Of a stretch of 64,000 bases of DNA, positions 28,802 through 36,980 are shown piece after piece. A program made the position numbers and the translations under genes. Numbering within the stretch: position 1 is the first letter of the stretch; each line of letters starts with the position of its first letter. The stretch lies in assembly GCA_034670305.1 (NCBI GenBank), contig JAXMNT010000034.1:1-64000 (forward strand), given 5' to 3'. The notes under the pieces are model-generated. The model saw nothing but the letters and a program-made list of their open reading frames with translations. It was not told the origin of the DNA and did no database searches. Source of the DNA: Deltaproteobacteria bacterium (GTDB lineage Bacteria; Myxococcota_A; Polyangia; Polyangiales; Houyiibacteriaceae).

Positions 28802-29488
28802 TCAACGCGGGACCGTCAACACGTAGGTCGTCAGCACCGTGGTCTCGGCGTCCGGCCCCGGGTTGAAGCGGAACCGACGCAGCTGGTTCCGCACACACTC
28901 GGCGAGGCCGGCGTTGCCCGATGTGTTCTCCACAACGTTCGACGACGCGACCCTACCGGTGGGCTCGAGGATCCATCGGACCACGAGCCGCCCCTCCACC
29001 CGTGGGTCCTGCCGCAGCTCTCGCTCGTGGCAGCGGCGCACCATGGCGATGCGCCGCCGGACCATTCGCTCCACGACGACGCGGTCGAAGGAGCTGCCGG
29101 AGAGGACCGAGTGCGCCTGCACCCGGGAGCGAAGCGCCACGACATGTTGGTCGGCCGAGTTGCCGGGGTCAAAGGTCTGCCTGGCCGAGATGTCGACCGC
29201 GACGCCCGTCGCGTCGACGTCCAATACGCTGAGGGCGCCTTCCCGTTCGGTTCGTCGCTCGGGCCCCGCCGCGAGGACGTCGTCCTCGACCGGGTCCTCG
29301 GCTGGCGCCGCGGCGACTTCGGTCTCGTCCTCGGGCTCCGCCTGGACGTCGCGCGGCTCGACGTTCGGCTCGTCGCTGGGCGGCGGCTCGGGTTCGACCT
29401 CGGCGACGGGCGGCGCTTGCTGTGGGAGCGAAGCGGTCTCTCCGCAGGCGAGAAGCAGAAGGATGAAGAAGGGTACGCGCGACGCCAT
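28802..29488 (-). CDS. AgmX/PglI C-terminal (TonB-like) domain lipoprotein
   Basis: VRRCHERELRQDPRVEGRLVVRWILEPTGRV...CVRNQLRRFRF. Confidence 0.82.
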   Translation of the reverse strand: MASRVPFFILLLLACGETASLPQQAPPVAEVEPEPPPSDEPNVEPRDVQAEPEDETEVAAAPAEDPVEDDVLAAGPERRTEREGALSVLDVDATGVAVDISARQTFDPGNSADQHVVALRSRVQAHSVLSGSSFDRVVVERMVRRRIAMVRRCHERELRQDPRVEGRLVVRWILEPTGRVASSNVVENTSGNAGLAECVRNQLRRFRFNPGPDAETTVLTTYVLTVPR

Positions 29489-29568
29489 GACGAAGCGTCG
29501 CACGAACGGAGCGGGGTACGAACACACCTTCCGCGAGGGTCGACATCAGATCGCAGGCGACCTACCGG

Positions 29569-29737
29569 GTGCTGGCTTCGGGCATCGCAGTGCTGGCTTC
29601 GGGCATCGCAGTGCTGGCTTCGGGCATCGCAGTGCTGGCTTCGGGCATCGCAGTGCTGGCTTCGGGCATCGCAGTGCTGGCTGTGGGAATCGCAGTGCTG
29701 GCCTCCAGAACCGCAGGCGCTGGCCTCGGGAAACGCA
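29569..29737. repeat. 21-bp tandem repeat, 5 perfect plus 3 degenerate units
   Basis: gtgctggcttcgggcatcgca x5 from 29569, then decaying units. Confidence 0.92.
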
Positions 29738-29826
29738 GCGCTGCTTCTTGCTCAGCTCATCCAACGTCGTGGGTCGGGGTTCGATGGTCTGAGGCGCGGC
29801 CCAACGCAGCGCCGGCCGACAACAGC

Positions 29827-30060
29827 TCACCCGTGATCCGTTGGGTCCGCCCGGCGCGCTTGTTGATACGAGCGGCCGGAGAACCAAGCCGCGCTCAGCC
29901 AAGCTGCGGCACCCAGAATGCTTGTTGCGTACAAGGGACCAGCCCACATCCTCGGGCTGAAGAACAAGCCGCGAATGAGGACGAGCACGCACGCCACTGC
30001 GACGAACGCTGACCTCATTGTGCAACGCTTCAGCCAGGCTTGCTCCTCCACCTCGTTCAT
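29827..30060 (-). CDS. Small two-TM membrane protein
   Basis: Two hydrophobic segments in 77 aa. Confidence 0.45.
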   Translation of the reverse strand: MNEVEEQAWLKRCTMRSAFVAVACVLVLIRGLFFSPRMWAGPLYATSILGAAAWLSAAWFSGRSYQQARRADPTDHG

Positions 30061-30143
30061 CCACGAAGGCTACAAGAGCGCATCCTGTTCTCAAACCGTG
30101 TGAGACGGGCCGTGCGAGACAGGCGGACGCGACGCCGCGGTCC

Positions 30144-31112
30144 TCACCGCCAGTCCAGGCTCGACAGCGGCACTGCCTCCTCACCGAAGTGTTGGTTGAT
30201 CGCTTCGGCGGGCGGGAGGTCGGGGTCGAGCCGCAGGGTGGCCAGGTTGTGGATGGCGCACGGAGGGGACTGGGTTCGGTCCTCGTGCCGAAGCGAGATC
30301 ACCAGCACCGCGGACGACGCGCTCGAGTCCAGCGTCTGAATGCGCGCGTTCACACACGAGAGCCCGTCGCTGGTGACCCGGCACGGATGGGGCTCGGGCG
30401 GGTCCCCCGCCGTGCCGTGCGGATCGCGCACGAGCTGCTGCAGGGCGGCGCGGGCGGCGTTCTCGGCCGCGCTTGACGAGCCGTCCGAATCGGCCTCGGC
30501 CGGTGTCGTGGACGGGGGATGGCACTCGGGAGATGGACGAAACAACTCACTCGGTCGTCCAGGTTCTCGGGGGTTGACCAAGCCGGTCGTTAAGCCCGCG
30601 ACAATGTCCAAAAGGATGCCACGGAGTGAGATGCCCTGGCGGCAGTAGTCCGGGGGCGGAGGGGCTGGGCGCGGGCGCGACGGCGCGGGTGCAGGCTCGA
30701 TCTCCAGCAGGTCGAACCACTCCTGGTCGTCGCAGCAAGAGCTCGACGCGTGCGTGGTCGGGCCGTGTTGGATGCGGCTCTCGATGTCGATCCGGTCGTA
30801 GGGCACTCGATCAACACGCATCGTTGTCACGACGACCAGCGCGTTCTCGTGGTCGAGGGCGGGCGGCAGGTAGGGCAGCGCTTGCTGGAGCTCGGCCCGC
30901 GTGAACGCGTGCATCCGGAACACGCCACCGGTCTCTTCGAGCAACGCCTCGCCGAGCAGCCCACGCTCTGCCTGTGACACCACGCGGCAGGCCGCCCGCG
31001 TGTCTCCCGCAGCCAGCAGACCCGCGATCGACGGAGAGGGTTCGGTCGCCGGCACCTGCGCGGCGGCACAGCCGCAGCACATGATCAAGACGAGGGAGCG
31101 CATCCGCGGCAT
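30144..31112 (-). CDS. Hypothetical lipoprotein
   Basis: LVLIMCCGC leader; abuts upstream gene. Confidence 0.6.
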   Translation of the reverse strand: MPRMRSLVLIMCCGCAAAQVPATEPSPSIAGLLAAGDTRAACRVVSQAERGLLGEALLEETGGVFRMHAFTRAELQQALPYLPPALDHENALVVVTTMRVDRVPYDRIDIESRIQHGPTTHASSSCCDDQEWFDLLEIEPAPAPSRPRPAPPPPDYCRQGISLRGILLDIVAGLTTGLVNPREPGRPSELFRPSPECHPPSTTPAEADSDGSSSAAENAARAALQQLVRDPHGTAGDPPEPHPCRVTSDGLSCVNARIQTLDSSASSAVLVISLRHEDRTQSPPCAIHNLATLRLDPDLPPAEAINQHFGEEAVPLSSLDWR

Positions 31113-31113
31113 C

Positions 31114-31605
31114 CTAGTGCGCGAGTTCCACGGCGTAGCAATGCGTCAACTGCGCTTCGCGCACCGGGCCGTCGTCGGCGATCGCGTAGCCATCCCAGAT
31201 CGACTCCCGCCGCGCGCGTAGGAGGGCCTCTCGGTCGATGCTCGGAACATGGTCTGCGAAATGCTCTAGATCCTGCAGCCACATCTTCTTGATCAGCGCG
31301 AGGAGCCAGAGGCCCCCAGCCCACTCGTCGCCAGCGATGTCTTCGGTGGCATGAACGCGGCCATGCATCTGGGCGAGTGCTTCTCGGATCGCTGGGTCGA
31401 ATGCGGTGTCGGGAACGGCGTAGAAGGCCGGCTCGAGCCATTGGTCATGGTCGTGGTAGACGACCACCGACACCGGTACGCCGGCGTTGCGTACCTCGTC
31501 GCTGTGCGGCAGCCCCAGCTCGCCGAGCCAGTCGAGGATCACCGCGTGCGATGTGGGATTCTGCGGCGGGTTCTGCAGCAATTCTCGTAGCGTCTCACTG
31601 TCCAC
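31114..31605 (-). CDS. Hypothetical protein
   Basis: GGAGG RBS before GTG; protein-like composition. Confidence 0.65.
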   Translation of the reverse strand: MDSETLRELLQNPPQNPTSHAVILDWLGELGLPHSDEVRNAGVPVSVVVYHDHDQWLEPAFYAVPDTAFDPAIREALAQMHGRVHATEDIAGDEWAGGLWLLALIKKMWLQDLEHFADHVPSIDREALLRARRESIWDGYAIADDGPVREAQLTHCYAVELAH

Positions 31606-31656
31606 CTGTCCTCCAATTCGTCACCTCTCGTCGCACGTTCAGCCTGCCGCACCAGA

Positions 31657-32313
31657 TCAGGGCCCGAAGATCGCGCACTCGATCTGCGCGTCCGGAGCGG
31701 CGGCTGCGATCGCGCAGAGCTCCGCGCGGACCTCGTCGTCGAAGTCGCCGTCCGTGACCCCGCAAAGGTAGTCGCAAGAATCCGCGCGACGACACTCGAT
31801 GCGGCGCGCGAAGGACGCGATCGCGGCCGCGTCCCGGTCGCTGCCGGCCCCCTGGAGACAGATGCGTACGTCGTCGCAGTACATGGTCTCCGGCGGGCTC
31901 TCGCCCAGGCATCCAGGCAGCCCGGTGCACACGACCCGGCTCAGGTCGCATGCAGCCGCTTCACAGAGACATCCGCGCAACTCTTCCGGCTCGAAGGGCT
32001 CGATGCCCATCGGGGGCGGGGGCGCATCCGGAAAGATCGAGAACCCATCGCGCGGGTGCCGATGACAGACCGCACAGTCCGCACTCGCGAGGCCCAGGCA
32101 CTCGGCTTCCGCCTCGCTGATTCGGAACGGCATGGGGCGCTCGAGCGAACACACACCGGTGTCGAGGAAGCCCCCGCCGTCCGGCGGGCCGCTGTCTTCT
32201 CGCGAGCCGGTGTCGCGACCGGACGCGTCCAACGCTTCCGCGTCGAACGTGCGCCCCACCACGTGATGCTCGGCACACGCGAGCGGGAGCAAGAGCAACA
32301 CCAACCAGCGCAT
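31657..32313 (-). CDS. Cys-rich lipoprotein with one CxxCH motif
   Basis: MRWLVLLLLPLAC; CAVCH. Confidence 0.7.
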   Translation of the reverse strand: MRWLVLLLLPLACAEHHVVGRTFDAEALDASGRDTGSREDSGPPDGGGFLDTGVCSLERPMPFRISEAEAECLGLASADCAVCHRHPRDGFSIFPDAPPPPMGIEPFEPEELRGCLCEAAACDLSRVVCTGLPGCLGESPPETMYCDDVRICLQGAGSDRDAAAIASFARRIECRRADSCDYLCGVTDGDFDDEVRAELCAIAAAAPDAQIECAIFGP

Positions 32314-32525
32314 CGACCGAAGCTAGCAGACCGACGTACAGGCGGTGCGCTCTATCGGTGTGCGTTCCCCGCCGATGGTTGTGCGGCTTTGGCGACGACT
32401 GCGACGTGAAGGATGCGCAGATGGACGACGATTCGGGGTGAGGGCTCGGCGCCTCGTTCTGGACGGAGACCCAGCCGCGCTGAATACCGATCCATCGCGA
32501 CGGCGAGTTCGCTACCCTGGGAAGC

Positions 32526-33416
32526 ATGGACGGTGGTGGCGAAGTAGATCCTGCGGAGTCGAAACGGTCGAAGTCGACCGAGTCGATGGAGCCAACCGAA
32601 CCGGACTTGGGTGACGCGGAGACCGAGTCCATGCAGGACCGACTCGAGGATCTCGGCGAGACGATCGACGAACTCGGCGACCGGGCGGGGGACGCGCTCG
32701 AGGTTGCAGGGACGAAGTCGCTCGCGGCCATGAAGGTGGCCCGCGCCAAGGCCAGCGACGCGCTCCAAGCCGGCGGGACCAAAGTCGCCGCAGCGGCCCA
32801 GAAGAGCGGCGACGCGATCGGAGAGGCCGCCAAGCGCGGCGCCGACGCTGCCAAGCGTGGGGCTCGGGCCGCCCAGGCGACGGCCGCCCGGACCAAAGCG
32901 CAGATCGAAGACGCGCTCGACGACGAAGAACTCTCCGCGCTCGAGCGCTCGCTCCGCGAAGGCGCCGACCTCCCGGAGCTCGGTGGCTCGAAGAGTCTGC
33001 TGACGCTCGCCGTCCGCCTCGACCGCGAAGGCGACTTCTGGCGCACGTGGGCGCTCGACCAGCGCCGCCGCGCCACCAACACCGACCGCGCGGTGATGAC
33101 CTTCTTCTTCGGCGCCGGCCTGGCCGTGCTCGCGCTCGTCGGAGCCGGCTTCGTGGGCGTGCTCTTCGGCGGCACCACGCTCGTCCCGCGCACGTGGCTC
33201 GTGCTCGGATGCGGCGGCGCCCTCGCGCTGATCTCCGCCTTCGCAGCCCACGCCGGACGCCACATCCGTGCGGGTTACGAAGCAGGGGTCGACCGTGGCC
33301 TCGCCCGCGCAGCGCGGGCCGAAGCAGCGCTGCACCGCATCGGCCTGCTGCTCGCACTCGCCGAGACCGACGAAGCCGCCTTCGCAGATCAGCTCCGCCG
33401 CGAACTCGATCGATAG
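32526..33416 (+). CDS. Helical Ala/Lys-rich protein with two TM helices
   Basis: Amphipathic N-terminal repeats, two hydrophobic segments. Confidence 0.7.
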   Translation: MDGGGEVDPAESKRSKSTESMEPTEPDLGDAETESMQDRLEDLGETIDELGDRAGDALEVAGTKSLAAMKVARAKASDALQAGGTKVAAAAQKSGDAIGEAAKRGADAAKRGARAAQATAARTKAQIEDALDDEELSALERSLREGADLPELGGSKSLLTLAVRLDREGDFWRTWALDQRRRATNTDRAVMTFFFGAGLAVLALVGAGFVGVLFGGTTLVPRTWLVLGCGGALALISAFAAHAGRHIRAGYEAGVDRGLARAARAEAALHRIGLLLALAETDEAAFADQLRRELDR

Positions 33417-33670
33417 ACCGAGACCGAGAAGCCTCGTAGCCCGGGCAACTGTGGGGCACCGCGCGATCAACCTTCCGACGCTTGCGCGGTTGCACCCGTG
33501 CGCGCTTCGCCTGCGGTGGACACGGAACCTTCGAACTCCCAGCGGTGGATGGGCACGCACCCGCATGTGCTGTTCATGGATGGACGCGAGGCGCCGAAGA
33601 TCTTTTGCAAGGGTCCGGCGAGCGCTGCGTTGTTGCATCTGGCGCTGAGCGTTTGCTGGCATGATGGGTC

Positions 33671-34237
33671 GTGGTTTTCAGGATTCTGTTTCCCTCGGTT
33701 CTGGTCGCCGTCTGGCTCGCACTCACGGTGCTGGTCCGACATGAGGCGCTGGACGTGGGGGTCGCCTGTTTCGGGCTCCTCTACCTGCCGCTCCTGGTGC
33801 CTGCCCTCGTGGTCGTTCAGATGCGCGCCGACCGTCCCGACGCCAACGGCTTGGCCATGTGTGCACAGGCGCCGATGGCCCTCGTCCCGCTCTGGGCCGA
33901 TCTCTCCACTGGCAACGTGGCGCTGCGCGGCTTGCTGGACGCGCTGGCCGAGACGTTTGAACCGAAGCTGTTCGTGGGTGGCTTGTGCTTGATCGCGTGC
34001 GCGGTCGTTCCCGTCCTGCTGGCGCTCGCCACCGTGCGGCGTGCAAGCCGCGGCCATCGACTCGCGTGGCTCGGCCTCTACGTCGTGGTGTGGGTACCGG
34101 CGGTGGTGATCTTCGACGCGCGCATGTTCTTGGGCGGGGCGCTGACGTGCTGCGGCCTGTGGTGGTTCTCCACCGGCGCCCTTCTCCGCCTCATGGTCCT
34201 CGTCGCCATGATCCCGCTTGCGGTGAAGAAGGCGTAA
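33671..34237 (+). CDS. Multi-pass membrane protein
   Basis: About five hydrophobic segments in 188 aa. Confidence 0.65.
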   Translation: MVFRILFPSVLVAVWLALTVLVRHEALDVGVACFGLLYLPLLVPALVVVQMRADRPDANGLAMCAQAPMALVPLWADLSTGNVALRGLLDALAETFEPKLFVGGLCLIACAVVPVLLALATVRRASRGHRLAWLGLYVVVWVPAVVIFDARMFLGGALTCCGLWWFSTGALLRLMVLVAMIPLAVKKA

Positions 34238-34467
34238 CCGACCCAGGCCTCGGCCAACGCCGATGGCCTTCTCGAACGGCAGCCGCACCCCCTGCTCCGC
34301 AACGACCTCGGCAACTGAAGTGGCGATCCGATCCCGTTCGAGGAATCGCCCAACGAGCCCAATGCTGAGTTGCAACGGAGCGTCGAAGGGGTCGACGGAG
34401 CGCGCCGGTGCTGTGGGAGTCGCAGTGCTGGCCGTGCGATGCTCCCATCGTGACGACCGGGAACACC

Positions 34468-34980
34468 ATGGTGCGCAACGCGCTGATCTTGAGCATGTTC
34501 GCGGTCTCGACCGCGTCGGCAGACGCGATGTCGCTTCCGTCGCGCTGCGAAGAGCCTGGGTGGATCGTCGCGCACCACCAGCACGACGCGTGGTGTGAAC
34601 CGGTGTCGTGCCGCACCGATGGCGACTGTCCGCACGGCGGGACCTGCGCACAAGTCGCTCGGTGCTGGCAACAAGCCGTCCCCGCGACGGGCGGGGACGG
34701 AGCGCGGCCAGGTGAACCGACCACGGTGTGGAGGGCTGTGCCGGGGCGCTGCTCGACGTCGTGTCCGGGCTCGCAGCGATGCCTTCGACAGAACGAGTGC
34801 GTCTACGAGGCACCAGGGCCTCATCCTGAGTTCCGCCACGACGGCCCCCGGTTTCCAGTGGACCTGAGCAGCGAGGTGGAGAGCAGCGACGGTGGGAGTT
34901 GTTCTGCGGGTGGCCAAGGTGCCGGTGGAGTGGCTCTGTTCCTTCTGCACTGGCTGAACCGAAGACGCCGACGCCCCTGA
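34468..34980 (+). CDS. Cys-rich secreted protein with MYXO-CTERM-like tail
   Basis: Signal ASA-DA; ends GGSCSAGG...VALFLLHWLNRRRRRP. Confidence 0.75.
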   Translation: MVRNALILSMFAVSTASADAMSLPSRCEEPGWIVAHHQHDAWCEPVSCRTDGDCPHGGTCAQVARCWQQAVPATGGDGARPGEPTTVWRAVPGRCSTSCPGSQRCLRQNECVYEAPGPHPEFRHDGPRFPVDLSSEVESSDGGSCSAGGQGAGGVALFLLHWLNRRRRRP

Positions 34981-35054
34981 ACGACCGCGCGCCTCAAAGC
35001 GAGCAACCGGCCCCGCACTCGACCGAAGAGGGCGCTCTCACTGGAGGCTCTCTC

Positions 35055-35789
35055 ATGTCTGTTCGCTTCTCGCTGGTTGTTGTCCTGTTCGTTTCCGCCT
35101 GCGCCGCGGACATCCCGCCTGGGGTCGAAGGGTTCCTCGACACCCAACGCGCCGCAGCGGACCAAGTTTGCCAATGCGCTTCCACGCTCGGCATGAGCGT
35201 ATCCAGTTGCCTCGACCGGTTCGACTCCGCGACCTTCGAAGAAGCGTCCATGCACGACGCGGGCGCCCTCGATTGTTTGACCGAAGCGCTGGCAGTGGAT
35301 CCCGACGCCGAGGCCGTGCTCGAATGCTACGCCGAAGCGTCTGCCCGACTCGCCGACTGCGCGGCTGGTAGCGGATGCGACGCGGTGGGACTGCAACGGT
35401 GCCTCGACCGCCAGGACCTCGACCGCGCCCGCTGTCCAGTCGTCAGCGCCGCGTTTCACGACACGCACCGGCGGTGCAGCCTTGGGCTCGAAGTCATGGC
35501 CGATCCCCTCTCCCCCTACCTCACGTCGGTGACCCACTACTTGCGCGTGGTAAGCGACAATCTGACGATCGGCCTCGACTGGCAAGGGTGCGTGCGCCCG
35601 TATCTGGAAACGAACGTGCACGGCTTCGATCAACATGCGGCGTGCGCGGTGCCACTCTACCGGGACCTGAGCGACTGCATTCGAGAGGACCATCCGACGT
35701 GCTCGGTCTCGATTGAAGACATCGATGCGTGCCCTCCGATGCACCCGGACTTGGAGGCGGCGATCGCACACTGCTGGCCGGCGCTCTGA
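35055..35789 (+). CDS. Cys-containing helical lipoprotein
   Basis: GGAGG RBS; LFVSAC lipobox. Confidence 0.7.
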   Translation: MSVRFSLVVVLFVSACAADIPPGVEGFLDTQRAAADQVCQCASTLGMSVSSCLDRFDSATFEEASMHDAGALDCLTEALAVDPDAEAVLECYAEASARLADCAAGSGCDAVGLQRCLDRQDLDRARCPVVSAAFHDTHRRCSLGLEVMADPLSPYLTSVTHYLRVVSDNLTIGLDWQGCVRPYLETNVHGFDQHAACAVPLYRDLSDCIREDHPTCSVSIEDIDACPPMHPDLEAAIAHCWPAL

Positions 35790-35892
35790 CCCTCAGCAAG
35801 GTCGAGGTCCCGACGACGAGTTCGTGCGCATCAGGCACCTGTGACGAAGAGCTGGGTTGGCGGTGTACTATGAATCTAGTAATGTGGGCTTG

Positions 35893-36138
35893 ATGGCCAA
35901 GACGACGAGCTTCGTGCTGGGTGACGACCTCAGTGAGTTCATCCAGGAACGGATCGAACAGGGCGAGTTCGCCTCCGTCAGCGAGGTCGTGCGGACTGCG
36001 CTCGAGGCGTTCGCCGAGCAGAGCCGCAGGGAAGCGGAACTCTACGCGGCGCTGGACCAAGGACTCGCAAGCAAACGCGCCAAACCCGGCGTCTTCGCGC
36101 GGGTGCGTCGCCGGCACGGCATCCCCAAGACGAAGTGA
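35893..36138 (+). CDS. parD: ParD-family antitoxin (RHH)
   Basis: MAKTTSFVLGDDLSEFI...GEFASVSEVVRTAL. Confidence 0.88.
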   Translation: MAKTTSFVLGDDLSEFIQERIEQGEFASVSEVVRTALEAFAEQSRREAELYAALDQGLASKRAKPGVFARVRRRHGIPKTK

Positions 36139-36422
36139 AGGTTCACTACACGGTCCTGGCCGAGCGCGATCTCGACGAGGTGGCCGAGTACACCCGCGTG
36201 ATGTGGGGCGAAGCGCAGCGCGACGCGTACATCGACATGCTGCAGCACACGTGCGAATCGATCATCCCAGCGCATCGTCGGATCGCCAAACCCGTGCCCA
36301 AAAGACCAGGGCTCTGGCGGTGGCGCGCGGAACACCACTACGTCTACTTCCGAGAAGTGGAAGACGGCATTGAAGTCGTCCGTGTGCTGCACGAACGACA
36401 AGACCCGCCACGACACCTGTAG
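36135..36422 (+). CDS. parE: RelE/ParE-family toxin
   Basis: AERDLDEVAEYT...WGEAQRDAY...IEVVRVLHERQD; GTGA overlap with antitoxin. Confidence 0.9.
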   Translation: MKVHYTVLAERDLDEVAEYTRVMWGEAQRDAYIDMLQHTCESIIPAHRRIAKPVPKRPGLWRWRAEHHYVYFREVEDGIEVVRVLHERQDPPRHL

Positions 36423-36558
36423 AGGACGACGTGAGCACGGCCGGAAGATGCTCACCCATCACGACGGCAACCACGAGTACCCGGACGGAGCGCGCCAGAG
36501 ATGCTGCGGCCTCTGGTGGTTCTCCACCAACGACCGTCACCAGCCCCAGAAGATGTCG

Positions 36559-36737
36559 AAACCCCGTCCCGGTGACACCGCTGGCTCGCTTCGCGAGGCT
36601 GCACGCTCTCTCGCGCGCGAGGCTTCGGGCCCGCGCAGGAGCGAAGCGACGAGCAGGTCCGGAGCCGTTCCCGGCGGGTTCCAGGACGGCCGAAGGCGTC
36701 CGCACCCGTCGGGACGCCGCGAGAGACCAGACAATAT
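36559..36737 (+). repeat. Dispersed intergenic palindromic repeat, family B, longest copy
   Basis: 36559-36607 identical to 51157-51205; 36606-36727 matches the reverse complement of 16194-16310. Confidence 0.85.
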
Positions 36738-36980
36738 CGAGGCAGACGCAAGACACAGTTCGCCGCCTACCTGGCCGGCGCCGCATACAACCTCCTACGC
36801 GTCGCGCGGCTGCGGAGCTGCGCCGCGTAGCACCGACCGATGCCCGGCGGCTTCGTCCGCTGGGCATCGGGCTCCGATTCACGGCCTCGCCGTCGCGAAA
36901 CACACGGCGTCCACGACGCGGGCAAGGGCACGGGCAAGGGCAACGGCAAGGGAGCAGGTCGCTTTTCAGCGACCTGCTAG
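36735..36980 (+). mobile_element. Right-end remnant of an IS5-family-like element
   Basis: 36735-36830 reads YRGRRKTQFAAYLAGAAYNLLRVARL...*; ends TTTTCAGCGACCTGCTAG. Confidence 0.7.

Noticed and set aside
29569-30012. ORF of VLASGIA heptads, or a CRISPR
   Set aside because: Open frame is a by-product of the 21-bp period; no RBS and no spacers
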